DNA of 64,000 nt from Clostridiales bacterium (GTDB lineage Bacteria; Bacillota; Clostridia; Christensenellales; CAG-314), in contig JAFLVK010000001.1 of NCBI GenBank assembly GCA_022508345.1, positions 597,841 through 661,840 of the forward strand. The letters are read 5' to 3'. A model generated the notes under the pieces. It saw nothing but the letters and a program-made list of their open reading frames with translations. It was not told where the DNA came from and did not search any database. Shown one piece after another: positions 16,992-24,469 of the stretch; positions within the stretch are counted from its first letter, which is position 1, and each line of letters opens with the position of its first letter. The position numbers and the translations under genes were made by a program.

Positions 16992-16992
16992 C

Positions 16993-17020
16993 CGACGGTG
17001 CCAACGGTTTTTGTACTCTC
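16993..17020 (+). repeat. terminal inverted repeat, right (TIR-R)
   Basis: cgacggtgccaacggtttttgtactctc, the inverted match to TIR-L. It abuts DR1b. Confidence 0.75.
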
Positions 17021-17074
17021 GGCGACGGTGCGGTAGCGGGCTTTTCCGCCGCAATGTATGTAGACAAGTTAAGT
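17019..17074 (+). repeat. direct repeat DR1b (displaced copy of the trxB 3' end)
   Basis: 55/56 identical to 15329-15384. It would encode ..GDGAVAGFSAAMYVDKLSHSK*. Confidence 0.95.
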
Positions 17075-17100
17075 CACAGTAAGTGAAGCTAAATGTTATC

Positions 17101-17135
17101 AAAAAAAGAGAGTACAACGCATGTACTCTCTTTTT
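17101..17135. terminator. bidirectional intrinsic terminator
   Basis: A-run, stem agagagtaca/tgtactctct, T-run. It sits between the displaced trxB end and the convergent dehydrogenase gene. Confidence 0.8.
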
Positions 17136-17149
17136 CAATATTTATCGAT

Positions 17150-18163
17150 TTAGTTTATTTTTACAATTTTTGATTTCAGTCCCGTATCAAAGGGGTTTAT
17201 CTTCGACATTTCCTTGTCCAGGTTGTCGAAGCTGATTGTTGCGCCTATCAATGGGTCGATATTGACGGTATCCGTTACCAACAGATTGATTGCCGACGAG
17301 TAGTTGCCTGCGCCATTGTAAACGCCGAAGATGTTGAGGTGCTTGCGACATATTTGCGCTACCGACAGCTTGCTGTCCTTGTTGCTGTAGCCTGCAAGGC
17401 AAATGTTGGCATTGAATGTTACCACACTGTAAACGTCTTTCATGTTGATGTCGCTGTTGGAAAGCAGTATCAGCTCCTTGCATTTTCTGCCACCTGTTAC
17501 AGCAAGTATTTCCTCTTCTACGTCCGTTTCGTCGGGGTTGAAGCAGTACATTACTCCCAATTCTCTTGCCATATCAAGCAGTTCAACGCGACTACTGATG
17601 AGTACGGGCACCGCTTGATAGTAAGCTATCAATTGAGCCAATATCAAGGCTTGCTTGGTTTCGCCGAATATTGCAATGTGGCGACCTTTTTCCAAATTCA
17701 GCGCGTCGCAAATGTTGAGACAAAATGCAACCATGGGTACAAATAACGCCTTTTCATTGCGAAGTTGATCGGGCAAGGTGTGTAGTTGAGAGTAGGGCAA
17801 ATCAATAAAGTTGCAAAGCAGCCCATTGCAGTTGTAACCAAGCTCCTTCAAATTGGAGCAATTGGTGTAATTGCCACTTTTGCACTCATCGCAAATCTCG
17901 CATGGAACGCACGGTTCAATTACCACCCTGTCCATTTTGCGCAGGATTGGATTGTCGCCGTGAACAACCGACACAACACCCACAGCATATCGCCCTATGA
18001 TAAAGGGATATTTGCGCTTGGCTGCACCGGTGTAAATTTCGATATCGGAGTTGTTTAACAAAACCTCTTCAATCTTGACCTTTATTAAATTTTCAGTTAT
18101 CTCGGTAGGTTGGGATTCCTGCAAGGTAAGTTTGCCGGGCTCCTCAAGTATCCAAGCTTTCAT
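17150..18163 (-). CDS. medium-chain (zinc-type) alcohol/polyol dehydrogenase family protein
   Basis: 337 aa. Structural-zinc Cys cluster CVPCEICDECKSGNYTNC and an MDR-like layout. The catalytic GHE motif is non-canonical (GRYAVG). Confidence 0.6.
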   Translation of the reverse strand: MKAWILEEPGKLTLQESQPTEITENLIKVKIEEVLLNNSDIEIYTGAAKRKYPFIIGRYAVGVVSVVHGDNPILRKMDRVVIEPCVPCEICDECKSGNYTNCSNLKELGYNCNGLLCNFIDLPYSQLHTLPDQLRNEKALFVPMVAFCLNICDALNLEKGRHIAIFGETKQALILAQLIAYYQAVPVLISSRVELLDMARELGVMYCFNPDETDVEEEILAVTGGRKCKELILLSNSDINMKDVYSVVTFNANICLAGYSNKDSKLSVAQICRKHLNIFGVYNGAGNYSSAINLLVTDTVNIDPLIGATISFDNLDKEMSKINPFDTGLKSKIVKIN

Positions 18164-18174
18164 AAAGCCTCCAA

Positions 18175-18271
18175 TTTAGCGATTTTTAAGCATCACAATA
18201 CTGTGTTGCCTTTACGTTTGCCCTCGGTCAAGCCGCAGGCGCCTTGTCTTGCTCGCTTCTAAATCGCTAAA
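18175..18271 (+). repeat. intergenic structured repeat, copy A (short form lacking the central hairpin)
   Basis: Core ttttaagcatcac...gctcgcttctaa is flanked by the locus-specific inverted arms tttagcgattt/aaatcgctaaa. It aligns with copies B and D. Confidence 0.7.
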
Positions 18272-18478
18272 ATTACATATGCTATCTTATAGAAATGATA
18301 CCATATACGTTTACATTATACCACTCATTGAAAAAAAAATCTAGCATTTTTGTACTTTGAACGAATTTTGCTGATTTTACGTCAAAAACCGTTACATGGG
18401 GTTAAAAAAATGACTTTTTACGCATTATCTTGATTTCCGTAGCCCATTTATGGTACAATATGTGTAAGGAGATAAAAT

Positions 18479-19126
18479 ATGAAACTGCAATATCTTGGAC
18501 ACGCAAGCTTTCGCATAATTAGCGAGATGGGAACTACAATAGTGTGCGACCCGTACAAAAGCGACTGGGTAGGCTTTGACATGGCACGCGTAAGGTGCGA
18601 TGTGGTAACAATGTCACATCATCATGGGGATCACGACTGTATGGAATCCATCATTGGTTCACCTGCCGAGCTGGACGTGGAAATAGCCTGCGCTGCAGAC
18701 GACATTGCCATTGAAAGCATTGAGACGTTCCACGACAGCGAAAAGGGCGCAAAGCGTGGCAAAAACCTTGTGTTTACATTTCTGGTAGACGGGCTCAAGG
18801 TTGTGCACATGGGTGACATTGGCTGTTTCGACCAACATGTGGTGGAAAAAATAAAAAATTGCGATGTACTTTTGCTGCCTGTTGGCGGCACGTTCACTGT
18901 GGACGCTGCGGGTGCCAAGTGGTACGTTGATAACGTACAGCCCAAGATTGTAATTCCCATGCACTACAAAACGGATGAGCACAGCTTCGACGTGGACGGT
19001 GTAGACAAGTTCCTGTCTTTGTTTGCAGCGGAAGCGGTAACGGTCAGTCCGTCCGACACGTTGACATTGTACGATGCTCCCGATAACGAAGCGCCCCAAG
19101 TGGTGGTTTTGCAGCGTTTTAAATAA
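18479..19126 (+). CDS. MBL-fold metallo-hydrolase
   Basis: 215 aa. HHHGDHD motif. TGgTACAAT promoter and aaggag RBS upstream. Confidence 0.75.
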   Translation: MKLQYLGHASFRIISEMGTTIVCDPYKSDWVGFDMARVRCDVVTMSHHHGDHDCMESIIGSPAELDVEIACAADDIAIESIETFHDSEKGAKRGKNLVFTFLVDGLKVVHMGDIGCFDQHVVEKIKNCDVLLLPVGGTFTVDAAGAKWYVDNVQPKIVIPMHYKTDEHSFDVDGVDKFLSLFAAEAVTVSPSDTLTLYDAPDNEAPQVVVLQRFK

Positions 19127-19160
19127 TGTTTGATGTTGTCATTGCAAAATTGTTAAATTA

Positions 19161-19194
19161 AAAACCGTCCTGGTAACAGGACGGTTTTGTTTTG
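19161..19194. terminator. bidirectional intrinsic terminator
   Basis: 12-bp stem aaaaccgtcctg/caggacggtttt with a gtaa loop. Confidence 0.8.
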
Positions 19195-19206
19195 CTTGAG
19201 TGCAGT

Positions 19207-19704
19207 TTACTTTTTCGTAATTTCGATTTTTTCCAGGATAACCTTGTCTTTTTTCACCCGTTTGGTAAGGTGTAAATGGTTTTCCAACACGGTCATGAGA
19301 AATACAACCTTGTCGTAGGCATTGGAGTAGATTTCAAAACCCCTTTTCTTCTTGAAATACTTGATATGGCTAAAGTAGATGTTCAGCAAATTTTCCACAA
19401 TTTCAAGATAGTTAGCTATCCTGTATTCGGATATGTTGCCCTGCTCGCCAAATTCCAATATCGCATCGGCGCGCGCCATAAATTCCGCCAAGCTCAGGCA
19501 GGTACCCTTCTCCTGGATAAACTCAAACAGCACCTTGTCTGCAAAGTCGAAAAAACGGTACGTTATCATCGCGGTATGTTGCTTGTCGTTGGTTCGCGTA
19601 TAGCAAAAAAAGTTTTCCAGCGTCAATATGTCGTGAATCTTGCGTATTTCGTTTGTGATATTGTAGTTTTTTTCAACTATTTGGTAAATGTTTTCCTTGC
19701 TCAT
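19207..19704 (-). CDS. hypothetical protein (orphan, no recognisable motif)
   Basis: 165-aa ORF, somewhat AT-richer than its surroundings. Lies downstream of tRNA-Ser on the same strand with its own promoter-like TTGCAA..TAAAAT. Confidence 0.5.
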   Translation of the reverse strand: MSKENIYQIVEKNYNITNEIRKIHDILTLENFFCYTRTNDKQHTAMITYRFFDFADKVLFEFIQEKGTCLSLAEFMARADAILEFGEQGNISEYRIANYLEIVENLLNIYFSHIKYFKKKRGFEIYSNAYDKVVFLMTVLENHLHLTKRVKKDKVILEKIEITKK

Positions 19705-19888
19705 AGTTTACTCCGAAATCAATTACGTATATTTTAGCATATTCACCTGCAAATTGCAATAGAAAAGAAAACACAACTGATAACCCGTTTTGTCAAAAGT
19801 GCAATGCGCTGATGGCGACAAGCAACAAGGAACAAAACAAAAAGAGCACTGTACAAAGTGCCCTTTTCTGTTGCGAACAAAAAACATA

Positions 19889-19977
19889 GTCGCCCTATTG
19901 GCGGAGAGAACAGGATTTGAACCTGCGGAGGCTGTTAACCTCGCACGCTTTCCAAGCGTGTGCCTTAAACCGCTCGA
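19889..19977 (-). tRNA. tRNA-Ser (GGA), long variable arm, CCA encoded
   Basis: Reverse complement reads GGAGAGATGGTCGAGCGG...CACGC TTGGAAA GCGTG...GGTTCAAATCC...CTCTCCGCCA. Confidence 0.9.
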
Positions 19978-20086
19978 CCATCTCTCCAGGATGGTCAACT
20001 GTTTTTGGTTGCCTACATAGGATACCAAAATTTTGCAAAATAGTCAATTGTTATTTGTACAATTTCGAAATATTACTTTTTGTTGG

Positions 20087-20743
20087 CTATTTCGTGTGCA
20101 AGCACAGCTCAATTAGCTTGCCCGATATTTTCGCCTGGCGAAGCACGTCTTGCGTTACCTTTTCACCGTTTTTCACCATGACTTCACCCTGAAAGTTGGT
20201 GATGGTTTTGTCCGTTATCTTGCCAATAAGGAAGGAAAAGTCGCCATATTTGCGATTTTGCATCCAGCGTGAGTACACAGCCTTTTGCTTCAGCTTGGGC
20301 TTTGCTGTGTTGTCCTGCGGTGCAGTGGCGGTGGGGGTGGTTACCTGCTTTTTGCTGACGGGTGTCCGCGCACGGATAAGCGCAACGTCCTTTACGGCGT
20401 ATATCTTGCCCCTGCTGTATTCGGTACCGTCGATTAGCGTAATTTTGCTGGGCTTCAACGTGTTGCCGAACTCCACTTCGTAAATTTTTCCAAGATATTT
20501 GCCGGTGGTGTCGTAGGCAATCTTGCCAACCAGTTTTTCTCCACCCTCCATTTTGTTTGCGTCAATCACGCTTACGGCGTCCATTACGGAAAACACCTTT
20601 TCGGCGCTGTACCTGCCTGTATCCGTTTCAAGCGCGCCCAGCCCCGTAGCTTTGTCGTAAACAAAGTCGCTTATCTGACCAAAGTCCTGAGCGGAATTGA
20701 CGTCTAACAAGTTTTTCCCAACCAACTCACTTATTTTGTACAT
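20087..20743 (-). CDS. PRC-barrel domain protein
   Basis: 218 aa. The N-terminus ISELVGKNLLDV...GQISDFVYD...G is YlmC/PRC-barrel-like, and a second similar module follows. Confidence 0.5.
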   Translation of the reverse strand: MYKISELVGKNLLDVNSAQDFGQISDFVYDKATGLGALETDTGRYSAEKVFSVMDAVSVIDANKMEGGEKLVGKIAYDTTGKYLGKIYEVEFGNTLKPSKITLIDGTEYSRGKIYAVKDVALIRARTPVSKKQVTTPTATAPQDNTAKPKLKQKAVYSRWMQNRKYGDFSFLIGKITDKTITNFQGEVMVKNGEKVTQDVLRQAKISGKLIELCLHTK

Positions 20744-20942
20744 GGCTATCTCCTTTACTGATGAACAATCCGTTACAAATTATTTTGCTTGATTATGTTT
20801 TGTTACAATATACTATGCTCAAATGCGCGCAGTCTGAACAAAACTTGCCCGCTCTTTTTGTCGGTTTTGCTAATTTTCACTTGCAAATTTGCACATACTA
20901 TTGTAGAATGTTATTACTAAATCAATCACAAGGAGACGTCTT

Positions 20943-21125
20943 ATGATAACCAAGGATATGAAAATTGTAGAAGTTTTGCAAGTTAAGCCGGAATCTGCTC
21001 AAGTTTTCGGTAGCTACGGCATGGGTTGCATTCACTGTCTAATGGCTCACCAGGAAACAGTTGAAGAAGCAGCTGCTGCTCACGGTGTAGATGTGGAGGA
21101 GATGCTCGCCCAACTCAACGCTTGA
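20943..21125 (+). CDS. DUF1858 (hybrid-cluster-protein-associated redox disulfide) domain protein
   Basis: 60 aa. MKIVEVLQVKPESAQVFGSYGMGCIHCLMAHQETVEEAA is typical of DUF1858. Confidence 0.7.
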   Translation: MITKDMKIVEVLQVKPESAQVFGSYGMGCIHCLMAHQETVEEAAAAHGVDVEEMLAQLNA

Positions 21126-21244
21126 GCGGTTATAAGCATCGCAATACATTGTTAAACTTCACATTTTATCGGGTCATGTACGTCTAGTACACTCCCCTTA
21201 AAAATGTTCGTTTGCCTCGTCTTGCTCGCTTCTAATCGCTCAAG
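21121..21244 (+). repeat. intergenic structured repeat, copy B (full form)
   Basis: Outer 12-bp helix cttgagcggtta/taatcgctcaag overlaps the upstream stop codon. Core ttataagcatcgcaatacattgtt... Central hairpin ggg-tca-tgtac-gtcta-gtaca-ctc-ccc. End core gctcgcttctaa. Confidence 0.75.
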
Positions 21245-21445
21245 CGGGTACTGTACAAGTGACTGCCACAAGCAGACGAATAATCTAACTATTGATATGC
21301 AATACCGAAATGGCTCCCCAAAGTACCGGGGAGCTGTTTCCGTTTAAAGACTGAGATGCTGTAAAATTTCAAAATGCGGTATTGACTTGATGTGCTTTCA
21401 ATGGTACAATAATAGTAGAAAATCTGTTAATAAAAAGGAGACTGT

Positions 21446-21922
21446 ATGGAACCTGAACGCGTGTTTACTAGAGGCTTGGAAGTAATGGAGGAAAATTTTA
21501 GTCACATGGTGGAAATGAGCTTGGCATCATCAGCCAACGACGTGGTGGCGGTACGCGACGTACACGCTTACTATCACGAGGGCAAGATGTATGTTTTGAG
21601 CAAAACTACCAACACATTTATGCACCATATTGCAGTTTGCGCAAATGTTGGACTGTGCCACGGCTCACACAACATGCAGGGCGTTGCAAGGTCTTTGGGG
21701 CACCCATGTGAACCGCAAAACGAAGAGCTGCGCAAGAAATTGAAAAAGCAATTTTCGCTCAATTACACCGATTACGTTACCGAATCGAACCCCGATATGC
21801 GGATAGTGGAAATCACGCTTACCAATGCGGAAACGTATACGCGTTACCACCGCTACGAGATAGACTTCGTGGCGAAAACAGCAGTGCGCGACCACACTGA
21901 ACCGCTATTTGTATACAGATAA
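21446..21922 (+). CDS. pyridoxamine-5'-phosphate-oxidase-like (split-barrel) protein, tentative
   Basis: 158 aa. Size and overall pattern resemble PNPOx-like FMN-binding proteins. No diagnostic motif verified. Confidence 0.35.
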   Translation: MEPERVFTRGLEVMEENFSHMVEMSLASSANDVVAVRDVHAYYHEGKMYVLSKTTNTFMHHIAVCANVGLCHGSHNMQGVARSLGHPCEPQNEELRKKLKKQFSLNYTDYVTESNPDMRIVEITLTNAETYTRYHRYEIDFVAKTAVRDHTEPLFVYR

Positions 21923-22015
21923 GCCCAACCAAATAATTGATGTAATACAAAAAAACAGCTCCCCTTGATACAAAAGAGGGGAGCTATATTTTTATCAATT
22001 GATAGGGAAACAGAT

Positions 22016-22564
22016 TTACAGCACTTTCCAGCTTTTCAGCAGTGTGTCCACGTCGGTGATTTCTGCGCCGTAGGTGCCTACAAGGTACTTGATGCCGTAG
22101 TCGTAGTCCTCCTGGGTGAAGCAGTCTGTTGCGTCCTTTGCAACAATGATGTTGTAGCCAAGGCAGTACGCATCGGCAGTAGTGTGGCGAACGCACATGT
22201 GCGTGTGCAGTCCTGTCATTATTACCGTGTCTACGCCCAGCTCGTGGAGTAGCAAGTCAAGGTCGGTATGGAAAAATCCGCTGTAACGGCGCTTGGGTAC
22301 AACGTAATCGGTTGAGCACAAGTTCAGTTCGGGTATTACCTCGGCACCCTTTGTGCCTGCTATTGCGTGGTCACCCCACAGCTTCAGCTCGTGGTCAACG
22401 CCGCGAATGTGCGCATCATTGCAGAAAATTACAGGAACTTTCGCCTTGCGCGCCCCGTTCAGCAGCTTTGCCGTTTGCGGTACAATTGCTAAGCCGCGGT
22501 CGCATTTCAACGCGCCTGTAACAAAGTCGTTTAACATATCTACTACAAGTATTGCCTGTTTCAT
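22016..22564 (-). CDS. isochorismatase-family cysteine hydrolase (nicotinamidase-like)
   Basis: 182 aa from the ATG after agagg. Motifs ILVVDMLNDF and TGLHTHMCVRHTTADA (nucleophile Cys). Confidence 0.8.
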   Translation of the reverse strand: MKQAILVVDMLNDFVTGALKCDRGLAIVPQTAKLLNGARKAKVPVIFCNDAHIRGVDHELKLWGDHAIAGTKGAEVIPELNLCSTDYVVPKRRYSGFFHTDLDLLLHELGVDTVIMTGLHTHMCVRHTTADAYCLGYNIIVAKDATDCFTQEDYDYGIKYLVGTYGAEITDVDTLLKSWKVL

Positions 22565-22625
22565 TGTTTTACCTCTTTGTAAGTTTTTTATTGTAAGTGT
22601 AGTATATGCAAATGTCAAAATTTCG

Positions 22626-22874
22626 CTATTGGGTAATAGGGGGATTTTTGACATCTAATATTTCAACAAAATAGTACAGCTTGGGGTCGTCAATCAGCAC
22701 CTTGTCGCCCTTTACGTGATTCATCAAAGCCTTGGCTATCAGGTGTTCGGCGGATATTATATTGCGCGACAAATCGGTGTAGCTCGATATGCAATAGGTC
22801 TGTGGCTTCAATGTAAATTCGCGACGTATTGTTACCGTCGAGCCGTATCCCACCCTGGCAAGCTTGCTGTACAT
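22626..22874 (-). CDS. GreA/GreB C-terminal-domain-only small protein
   Basis: 82 aa from the ATG with an AGGAGA RBS. The pattern VGYGSTVTI...ISAEHLIAKALMNHVKGDKV resembles the Gre C-terminal domain. Confidence 0.45.
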   Translation of the reverse strand: MYSKLARVGYGSTVTIRREFTLKPQTYCISSYTDLSRNIISAEHLIAKALMNHVKGDKVLIDDPKLYYFVEILDVKNPPITQ

Positions 22875-23007
22875 GACTTTCTCCTGTTTGAAATTATACA
22901 CAGTTTAGCACATTTTCATTTTAAACGCAAGCAACAAACATATATGTTGATTTTAACTTGCTGCAGTGGTATAATTATACTTAGAAAAATCACAAAGGAG
23001 CATTGTT

Positions 23008-23565
23008 ATGAGAAAAAATTTCGGTAAAAAGTCGTGGCTGTTTCCCTGCCCCGTGCTTATCATTGGAACCTACGACGACAAGGGCAACCCCGACGCAATG
23101 AATGCCGCATGGGGTGGAATTTACGACACAAACCAAGTAATGCTGTGCCTTTCCGACGATCACAGGACGGCGAAGAACATTTTGCTCAAAAAGGCATTTA
23201 CCGTTAGCTTTGCAGACAAAAAGCACGTTGTTGAAGCGGACTACGTTGGTATCGTTTCGGCAAATGACGTACCCGACAAGCTAAATAGAGCTGGCTTGCA
23301 CACCGTAAAGAGCGAATTTGTCGACGCGCCGATCTTGACGGATTTCCCCTTGGCTATCGAGTGCGTGCTTGACCATGTAAATGAGGACGGAATAATTGTG
23401 GGCAACATTGTCAATGTTTCCGCCGACGAAAGTGTACTGGACGGCAAGGGCAACGTGGACCTTGGCAAGGCAGATATCATTGCCTACAACTCGGCACAGC
23501 ACGATTACCGCGTACTGGGTGACAAGGTGGGCAACGCATTCTCCGACGGCAAAAAGATAAAATGA
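23008..23565 (+). CDS. flavin reductase family (flavoredoxin-like) protein
   Basis: 185 aa. PCPVLIIGTYDDKGNPDAMNAAWGG is typical of the flavin reductase-like FMN-binding domain. Confidence 0.75.
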   Translation: MRKNFGKKSWLFPCPVLIIGTYDDKGNPDAMNAAWGGIYDTNQVMLCLSDDHRTAKNILLKKAFTVSFADKKHVVEADYVGIVSANDVPDKLNRAGLHTVKSEFVDAPILTDFPLAIECVLDHVNEDGIIVGNIVNVSADESVLDGKGNVDLGKADIIAYNSAQHDYRVLGDKVGNAFSDGKKIK

Positions 23566-23596
23566 CCAAAACACAAGTAACGGTGTTAAAGTAAAG

Positions 23597-23632
23597 AAAA
23601 AGCGTAGTTTCTAGCTGAACTACGCTTTTTTA
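23597..23632. terminator. intrinsic terminator
   Basis: Stem agcgtagtt/aactacgct flanked by A- and T-runs. Confidence 0.75.
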
Positions 23633-23683
23633 TTGTTTAGGTATTAAATGTTACACTCAGTATTCGCCCGTGCGGCAAGTACC

Positions 23684-24469
23684 TCAGCGGCGAAGTGCAA
23701 AAGCTTGTGCAATTAGCTGAGATAGCTCCTTTGTGGCGCTGGCAACCACTCCGTTGTCGCCGAACTTGTAGGGCTGTCCGTCAAGGTTAGTGAGCACTGC
23801 GCCCGCTTCCTGACACATGAGCATTCCCGGGGCGATATCCCACAAGTTGCGTGTGATAACAACCGTGCCGTCCGTCCTGCCTGCCGCAACAAAAGCGAAA
23901 TCGATACAAGCCGCGCCAAACATGCGAATTTTCGCAATCTTGGTAAACATGTGTCCAATGGCTGCGTGCTGTCGCTGTGCAACATCGGGGGTTTTGTAGT
24001 GAGGGTAGTCGCCAAAGCTTACAAGCGCGTTGTTGAGCGTTCCGTTGTGCTTTACTTCCACGCGTTTGCCGTTGAGGAAGCACCCACAGCCCTTCTCTGC
24101 AACCATAGTTTCGCCGAAGTGGGGCAGGTAAATGACCGCAAACACAATTTCGCCCTTTTCCAACAGTGCGCACTGTACGCCGTACAAGGGCAGGTTGCCG
24201 CTCATATTGCAGGTGCCGTCAATGGGGTCTATTGTCCAGGTGCGGCCTACGATTTCCTGCGTGCTGCTTGTTTCTTCACCGTGAATTTTGTCGTTGGGGA
24301 AGGCTTTGAGTATGCTCTCGGTCAATTCCTTTTCTATGCCTATGTCAATGTTGGTTACCAAGTCGAATTGCGTTTTTTGCGACACGTTATCAATGCCGTG
24401 CTCGGCGTACTTGGCGTATATTCGTTTTATTTCTTGAACGATATAGTCCTGTTCTCTTTGATATTTCAT
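23684..24469 (-). CDS. inositol monophosphatase / CysQ-family phosphatase
   Basis: 261 aa from an ATG that overlaps the upstream stop (TAATG). Motifs HGEE, WTIDPIDGT and WDIAPG. Confidence 0.8.
   Translation of the reverse strand: MKYQREQDYIVQEIKRIYAKYAEHGIDNVSQKTQFDLVTNIDIGIEKELTESILKAFPNDKIHGEETSSTQEIVGRTWTIDPIDGTCNMSGNLPLYGVQCALLEKGEIVFAVIYLPHFGETMVAEKGCGCFLNGKRVEVKHNGTLNNALVSFGDYPHYKTPDVAQRQHAAIGHMFTKIAKIRMFGAACIDFAFVAAGRTDGTVVITRNLWDIAPGMLMCQEAGAVLTNLDGQPYKFGDNGVVASATKELSQLIAQAFALRR

Larger units (their letters stand above)
15385..17018 (+). mobile_element. integrated ~1.6-1.7 kb accessory cassette carrying only abiH (no recombinase)
   Basis: Bounded by DR1a/DR1b, with TIR-L/TIR-R and DR2a/DR2b just inside. 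AT-rich cargo with its own consensus promoter. Confidence 0.6.

Noticed and set aside
16932-17138. 68-aa minus-strand ORF spanning DR2b, TIR-R, DR1b and the terminator.
   Set aside because: It is composed of repeat and terminator sequence, and no RBS is present.
19723-20028. 101-aa ORF overlapping tRNA-Ser.
   Set aside because: It is explained by the tRNA gene and its flanks, with no coding signals.
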